Shown piece after piece: positions 58,184-64,000 of a stretch of 64,000 nucleotides of DNA. The DNA is taken from NCBI GenBank assembly GCA_002269645.1, contig NIVC01000130.1:124001-188000 (forward strand), given 5' to 3'. A program made the position numbers and the translations under genes. Numbering within the stretch: the stretch's first letter is position 1; the number at the start of each line of letters is the position of its first letter. Under the pieces are notes generated by a model. It made no database searches, had not been told where the DNA came from, and saw only the letters and a list, made by a program, of their open reading frames with translations. The DNA comes from Macrostomum lignano (lineage: Eukaryota).

Positions 58184-61100
58184 CAATATGTGAGTCTGTT
58201 TGTCTGTGTCTATCTGTCTGTGTCTATCTGTCTGTGTCAGTCCGCCTGTACATCACAGTGGCCCTGCAGCCAGTGCCCCTACTATGCAACAGCAGCCAGC
58301 AGATAGCTGAACTGAATCAGTAAACAGTTCTCACGCTCACTTATCGATTGCTTTACATTAGTGCGCACAAAGTCTTGAATCTGCTTTAATAATGAGTTTG
58401 CTTTTTAGCTAGGTTGAAATTATAACAAGTTATAAAAATGGAATTGAAACTTCGGTGTTTACCCACTAGGTCAAATGTATATTGAAGTTTTCTAAGGCCG
58501 TGAGAACAGTTGCGGTTGGGTCTACCGGTAGGAAGGGAGGCAGGCTTAGCCACCCTCCTTCCCTGTGTGCTGACTATGGCGTGCTGACTGTGGTATTTCT
58601 AAAAATAGCAACAGAAGTTTGTTAAAGCCTGGCTTAGCCTAGGTGTTATTTATAAATTCTCTTAGCGGCAAGTTCACTTTCTTTTACACTTGAGGTTAAT
58701 TCACACGTGTGTATAAATATTCTCGAATATTTTTCTCGCTTCATTTGCATGAATTCTGTCATTAATACGGTTTTGAACTGATCTAGTTTGTACTTGTAAC
58801 TTCATCAAATTTATAAATACCAAGGGATCGTCTTATTAGTTACTTTAGCGTACCACTCATCTGGTAAACGCATTTTATCACTTGCGTATTCATTCACTCA
58901 CTTACTCATTCACTCACTCACCCATTCAATCATTCACTCACTTATTTACTCATTTATTCACTCATTCACTCACTCATTCATTCACACACTCATTCATTCA
59001 CACACTCATCCATTCACACATTCATTCACTCACATAATTCACTCACATAATTCACCTACTCATTCACTTCACTCACTCACTCACTCACTCACTCATTACT
59101 CACTCATCACTCACTCATCACTCACTCACTCACTCACTCACTCATACTCACTCACTCATACTCACTCATCACTCACTTATCACTTACTCATCACTCACTC
59201 ACTCATCACTCACTCGTCACTCACTCACTCATCACTCACTCACTCATCATTCACTCACTCATCACTCACTCATCACTCACTCACTCATCACTCACTCACT
59301 CATCACTCACTCATCACTCACTCACTCATCACTCACTCACTCATCACTCACTCATCACTCACTCATCTAATTAATAACTCATAAAGTCATGAACTTCTGA
59401 ACTCAGTCCCTCACCGGATGAATAATTTAAACAATATCAATAATTCATGAATTCGATAAACCAACAGTGGAATAATCGCCCCCCTCACCAAAACCCTCTG
59501 GCCACGCAGGCAGTCCATGAGTCGCTGGCTCAGTCCCTGCCGCAGCGGTCAGGCGCCGGCCACCCTCACCCTGAACACAGAGTCGCCAGCAATGGCCAGA
59601 AATCTGTTCAACTTTGCCGTCTCGCAGCACAAATTCGCCTTAGACATTGGCGCCGAACATCCAGTCGAAATGTCCACAGCCGCTGCTGCAGTTTCCGTGG
59701 CAACGGCGGCCGCTGCTGCCGCATTTGCAGCCGTGTCTGGAGGGGGCGGCGGCGTAGGTGGCGCTGGTAGTAGAAGAAGCAGCATTGAGCAGGTAAAATT
59801 TTCACCTTGGTTTTCAGGTGTTGCTTTTTGTGTTGTCTTAATTAACGTGTGTGTTTGTTAGATGTTACTCGGTTGACGATTAGACATTTTAGAATTTTAG
59901 GAGACCGGTTTTTCCGAAGAAATACACTACGGAGGGAGATGAGAGGTTTTCATTTTTTAGCACAAAATATTGTTACTGCTTTCGATAGGAGGCAGACCCA
60001 GAGTTTATCTTTGATATGTTGTGCCTTTGTTATAGCTCTATTGATATTCATAAAGCTTTTTTGTTCAGAAAGTTAGGATTCTCGGTAAATGTTTATTCTA
60101 TATAAAAGGTGAAAACCTCCTATATAGCGCCAATCGCATGTTACAATACTGAAACTAAACAGTGCCATACAGAAGCCTCCTACTAAAATCCTTCGATTAT
60201 CCATTAATAATATAGCAAACACTACTAGCATGTTTACTGACAGAGTTGTGATTCTTTTTTTAACAACAAACAATATCTCTGCAACACGAAATCTCCAGCT
60301 ATCAAAGGCTGTGAGATTGCTTCGCAGTTCGTCCAGGCGTTATTCTTTGGTAAGGAGAGGAGAAAAATCGAATTTCATAATTTTTAGTCATTCATTGAGA
60401 CGGGCAGATTTTTAGTCCTTGGATTTTATTGAATTTTTTGTATATTATTATTGAAATGTTTTTCTATTGACAATCATTTCTACTAACAGTAATATAACAA
60501 TAAATTTCTGACTTGATTCGTGGTTTTTCCTACATATACTACTGAGTGCGGCAGAGTGTTGAGCAGTGTTGAAATTAGCGTTCACAATGGTTTGATTAAT
60601 TTATGCTGGCAATAAAACAAGTCGTGCCAATTTGCTTGCTGATTGATTACCGCAGAGGCGCAAGCTATTCTCTTCTGTTGAAAATTTGGTAAGATTATTA
60701 AGCGCATTTATCCAAGATGTCATAGTATTACACATTTTTATTGCTTAATCTTAATCTGATCTAAGCTTCCACTGACATGTACTTATTTTTAATGAGTTCG
60801 CTTTTTAATATGCATCAATTGTTAATTATTGGAGCTCTGCAGTTTAATTATGCACATTGGTTTACAATCGTATTTGCGCACTATTGCACCCTTTAGTTAT
60901 TGACACCGTGAATAGCCACTCTGAATTGTCAATTAGGCCACTGAAGAGTCACTGTAATGGTCACTGACTTAGGTCACTGAAGAGTCACTGACTTAGGTCA
61001 CTGAAGAGTCACTGACTTAGGTCACTGAAGAGTCACTGACTTAGGTCACTAAAGAGTCACTCTGATGGTCACTCAGGATACTTAATGTCACTCCAATGGT

Positions 61101-62957
61101 CACTCAGGCTACTTAATGTCACTCCAATGGTCACTCAGGCTACTTAGTGTCACTCCGATTGTCATTCAGGCTACTTAGTGTCACTCCAATGGTCACTCAG
61201 GCTACTTAGTGTCACTCCAATGGTCACTCAGGCTAATTAATGTCATTCCAATGGTTACTCAGGCTACTTAGTGTCACTCCAATGGTCACTCAGGCTACTA
61301 AGTGTCACTCAAATGGTCACTCAGGCTACTTAATGTCACTCCAATGGTCACTCAGACTACTTAGTGTCATCTTATTAGCAATCAAATGGTTTATTTGAGA
61401 GTTTATATTGTTTATACTCACTACCACACTAGGCCGGCACCGCAGCCTCTTTCGCCTCCGGCGTCAATCGGTTCAGCAGCGGCAGCTACGCGGAAGCCGC
61501 GGAGGAGGACATTCCCGAAGACGATGATTCGCCGTGCGATCGGCGGCCGCCGCCGATGTTCACCCGCGCCGACGATGCCGCGTCTGGCGCTACGGCTGCG
61601 GACTGGCCTGAGCAACTGCGGCAGAGGAGCAGCGGCAGGGGCCCGGCTAGTCATCTGCGCGAGCTCAAGCGGTCTGGCAGGCTGGCCATGTGTAAGCTGC
61701 CTGTCTCTGGCCCTGCTGTCTCTGGCCCTGCTGTCTCTGGCCCTGCCCCCTCTGGCCCTGCCCCTCTGGCCCTGCCCCCTCTGGCCCTGCCCCCTCTGGC
61801 CGTGCCCCCTCTGGCCCTGCCCCCTCTGGCCCTGCCCCTCTGGCCCTGCCCCCTCTGGCCCTGCCCCCTCTGGCCGTGCCCCCTCTGGCCCTGCCCCCTC
61901 TGGCCGTGCCCCCTCTGGCCCTGCCCCCTCTGGCCCTGCCCCCTCTGACCCTCTGTCTCTGCCTCTCCTTCTCCCTCTCCTTCTCCCTCTCCCTCTGCCT
62001 CTGCCTCTGCCTCTGCCTCTGCCTCTGCCTCTCCCTGTCCTTCTCCCTCCCCTTCTCCATCCCTTCTCTCTCTGCCTCCCCTTCTCCATCCCTTTATCTC
62101 TCCCCTCCACTTCTCCATCCCTCTATCTCCCCCTCCACTTCTCCAACTCCTCTACATTTCTCCGCTCCTCCTAAACCTCTCGTTCTTCTGCCTCAGCATT
62201 TTGCTCATTATGGTCATGTAATTGCATGTACTGCTGTCGCTGTACACAGACACAGACAGTCCGCTATATTCATCTTTCTAAAGTTTATTAGAAACTTTAG
62301 AAAGTACATTTAACATTGGTATCGATACATTTAAGTACTTTCAATAGTTAATTTAGCTGTGATATAGCTCGTACATCCTTCTTATGGATCGTGTTTAGCC
62401 ACCAATTGGTGTATGACTTAACCTTCTTACCTTCCAAACCCGAACCAGTTCGCAGCTCTCAGTCTGTGAATCGCGATCAGAAAATTATGCAAGCCAATTC
62501 TACTAGCGATCTGCGCCTATTGGCCACCGCCCAGCACCATCAGCAGCACCATAATTCCGCTGCCTTTGATGGCTCCGCTGCCGCCGCAGCAGCATCTGCT
62601 GGGCCAGTGGAAGACAGCCATCATTCTCTGCCGGGTTCACAGCGCAGCTCCAGCTCCGATCTGATGCTGGCTACGTCGGCGGCGGCATCGGCTGCGGCGT
62701 CCATGTCGGCGATCTCGGCCGATCGGGCCACACGCTTGGATCCGGCCGCCTGCTTCACCCTGCGGCGGGTTGGCCGGACAGCGGCGGCTGCGGCTTCCGC
62801 TGCTGGCGGTTCCGCCGGACTGTCCGGATTGGAGCCACAGGCCGAGCATCAGCGCCGGCTGCTGCGCTATCACGAGTTGCGCAGCCTGCTGGCCGATTTG
62901 AAGGCTCAGCGCGACGCTAAACAGCTGGAGCTGCGGCGGCTCACCGCTCAGGAGAGG
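52327..62957 (+). CDS. FRMD4A: FRMD4A/B-like FERM protein (FERM + start of the CUPID coiled coil), 3'-incomplete at the window edge
   Basis: Exons 52327-52404, 54101-54534, 56776-56859, 57692-57982, 59468-59792, 61433-61691 and 62449-62957, phase-consistent. [76 protein letters not shown] and [22 protein letters not shown] match FRMD4 by recall. The A versus B paralog cannot be resolved. Confidence 0.85.
52516..54030. repeat. Compound 21/22-bp minisatellite in FRMD4-like intron 1
   Basis: Alternating GAGTCCCAGTTCTCAGGTCAA and GAGTCCCTTCAGACTCTCTGTG subunits. Confidence 0.95.
54590..55215. repeat. 22-bp minisatellite in FRMD4-like intron 2
   Basis: Unit GATTATCGATCGGGACTTTTAT. Confidence 0.92.
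55520..56315. repeat. 34-bp minisatellite in FRMD4-like intron 2
   Basis: Unit ACCTACTGCAGGTCTAACTAAGGGGATATCTGTG. Confidence 0.95.
56955..57580. repeat. About 25-bp minisatellite in FRMD4-like intron 3
   Basis: Unit GATTTCTAAGAAACCACACTATTGG, degenerate at the edges. Confidence 0.88.
57994..58245. repeat. (TGTC)n/(TG)n microsatellite just after the exon 4 donor
   Basis: Direct reading. Confidence 0.95.
58885..59370. repeat. (CACT)n/(CACTCAT)n microsatellite
   Basis: Direct reading. Confidence 0.95.
60940..61370. repeat. Adjacent 24-bp and 31-bp GTCACT-based minisatellites
   Basis: Units AGGTCACTGAAGAGTCACTGACTT, then GTCACTCCAATGGTCACTCAGGCTACTTAGT. Confidence 0.9.
61700..62165. repeat. 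15-16-bp CTCTGGCCCTGCCCC repeat followed by a CT-rich tract
   Basis: Starts just after the exon 6 donor (61692). Confidence 0.92.
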
Positions 62958-62969
62958 GTGAGAGCGGCT

Positions 62970-63905
62970 GCCTGCGTCTGGTGTGGTTTCTGGTGTCTGC
63001 TGTTGTGTCTGCCTGTCTGGTGTCTGCTGTCTGCCTGTCTGGTGTAGTGTCTGCCTGTCTGCTGTTGTGTCTGCCTGTCTGCTGTTGTGTCTGCCTGTCT
63101 GGTGTCTGCTGTCTGCCTGTCTGCTGTAGTGTCTGCCTGTCTGCTGTAGTGTCTGCCTGTCTGCTGTTGTGTCTGCCTGTCTGCTGTATTGTCTGCCTGT
63201 CTGCTGTAGTGTCTGCCTGTTTGGTGTCTGCTGTCTGCTGTAGTGTCTGCCTGTCTGCTGTAGTGTCTGTCTGTCTGCTGTAGTGTCTGCCTGTCTGCTG
63301 TAGTGTCTGCCTGTCTGCTGTAGTGTCTGCCTGTCTGCTGTTGTGTCTGCCTGTCTTTTGTTGTGTCTGCCTGTCTGCTGTTGTGTCTGCCTGTCTTTTG
63401 TTGTGTCTGCCTGTCTGCTGTAGTGTCTGCCTGTCTGGTGTCTGCTGTCTGCCTGTCTGCTGTAGTGTCTGCCTGTCTGGTGTCTGCTGTCTGCCTGTCT
63501 GCTGTAGTGTCTGCCTGTCTGGTGTCTGCTGTCTGCCTGTCTGCTGTATAGTGTCTGCCTGTCTGCTGTAGTGTCTGCCTGTCTGCTGTAGTGTCTGTCC
63601 GTCTGCTGTAGTGTCTGCCTGTCTGCTGTAGTGTCTGTCCGTCTGCTGTAGTGGCTGCCTGTCTGCTGTAGTGTCTGCCTGTCTGCCTGTCTGCTGTAGT
63701 GTCTGTCCGTCTGCTGTAGTGTCTGCCTGTCTGCTGTAGTGTCTGCCTGTCTGCTGTAGTGTCTGCCTGTCTGCTGTAGTGTCTGCCTGTCTGCCTGTCT
63801 GCTGTAGTGTCTGTCCGTCTGCTGTAGTGTCTGCCTGTCTGCTGTAGTGTCTGTCCGTCTGCTGTAGTGGCTGCCTGTCTGCTTTAGTATCTGCCTGTCT
63901 GACTG
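62970..63905. repeat. 20-bp minisatellite after the exon 7 donor
   Basis: Unit TGTCTGCCTGTCTGCTGTAG. Confidence 0.95.
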
Positions 63906-64000
63906 TCCATCCTCGAGTCTGTCCGTGCCAGTCAGTAAAAATCGGTCAAAATACCCCCCCCCCCGAATTCCAGGCGCTGACTCAGGGCGTGTCCGCAGTT

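Noticed and set aside
61386-62313. Pro-rich and Gly/Arg-rich ORFs of 130-262 aa
   Set aside because: Apart from FRMD4-like exon 6 (61433-61691), they derive from intronic repeats.

Overview
Animal (metazoan) genomic DNA with spliceosomal introns. The pattern of GC-rich, poly-Q/poly-A-rich exons, AT-rich spacers and introns filled with minisatellites suggests a Macrostomum-like flatworm; this is inference from sequence style only. I reconstructed six host genes by hand with phase-consistent GT-AG junctions: an intronless divergent TRP(V)-like channel (-), a USP2/21-like deubiquitinase (+), a USP53/54/echinus-like deubiquitinase with a 13.2 kb intron built from satellites (+), a secreted PAN-like + fibrinogen-domain protein (-), an NBR1-like autophagy receptor with ZZ-FW-LIR-UBA and no visible PB1 domain (-), and an FRMD4-like FERM gene that runs off the right edge (+). 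Mobile DNA comprises an open CACTA/EnSpm transposase ORF, a decayed BEL/Pao element lacking RT, nested MITEs with 8-bp TSDs, and two tRNA-derived SINE families, one copy of which has a 5' inversion with TSD. About 25 tandem arrays explain most of the long ORFs in the track, and those ORFs are non-coding artefacts. No CRISPR array, rRNA or bona fide tRNA was seen. Nothing here proves a wholly new system. The best leads are the PB1-less NBR1, the inverted SINE, the satellite-built intron with a candidate recursive splice site, the divergent TRP channel and the cluster of ubiquitin/autophagy genes.
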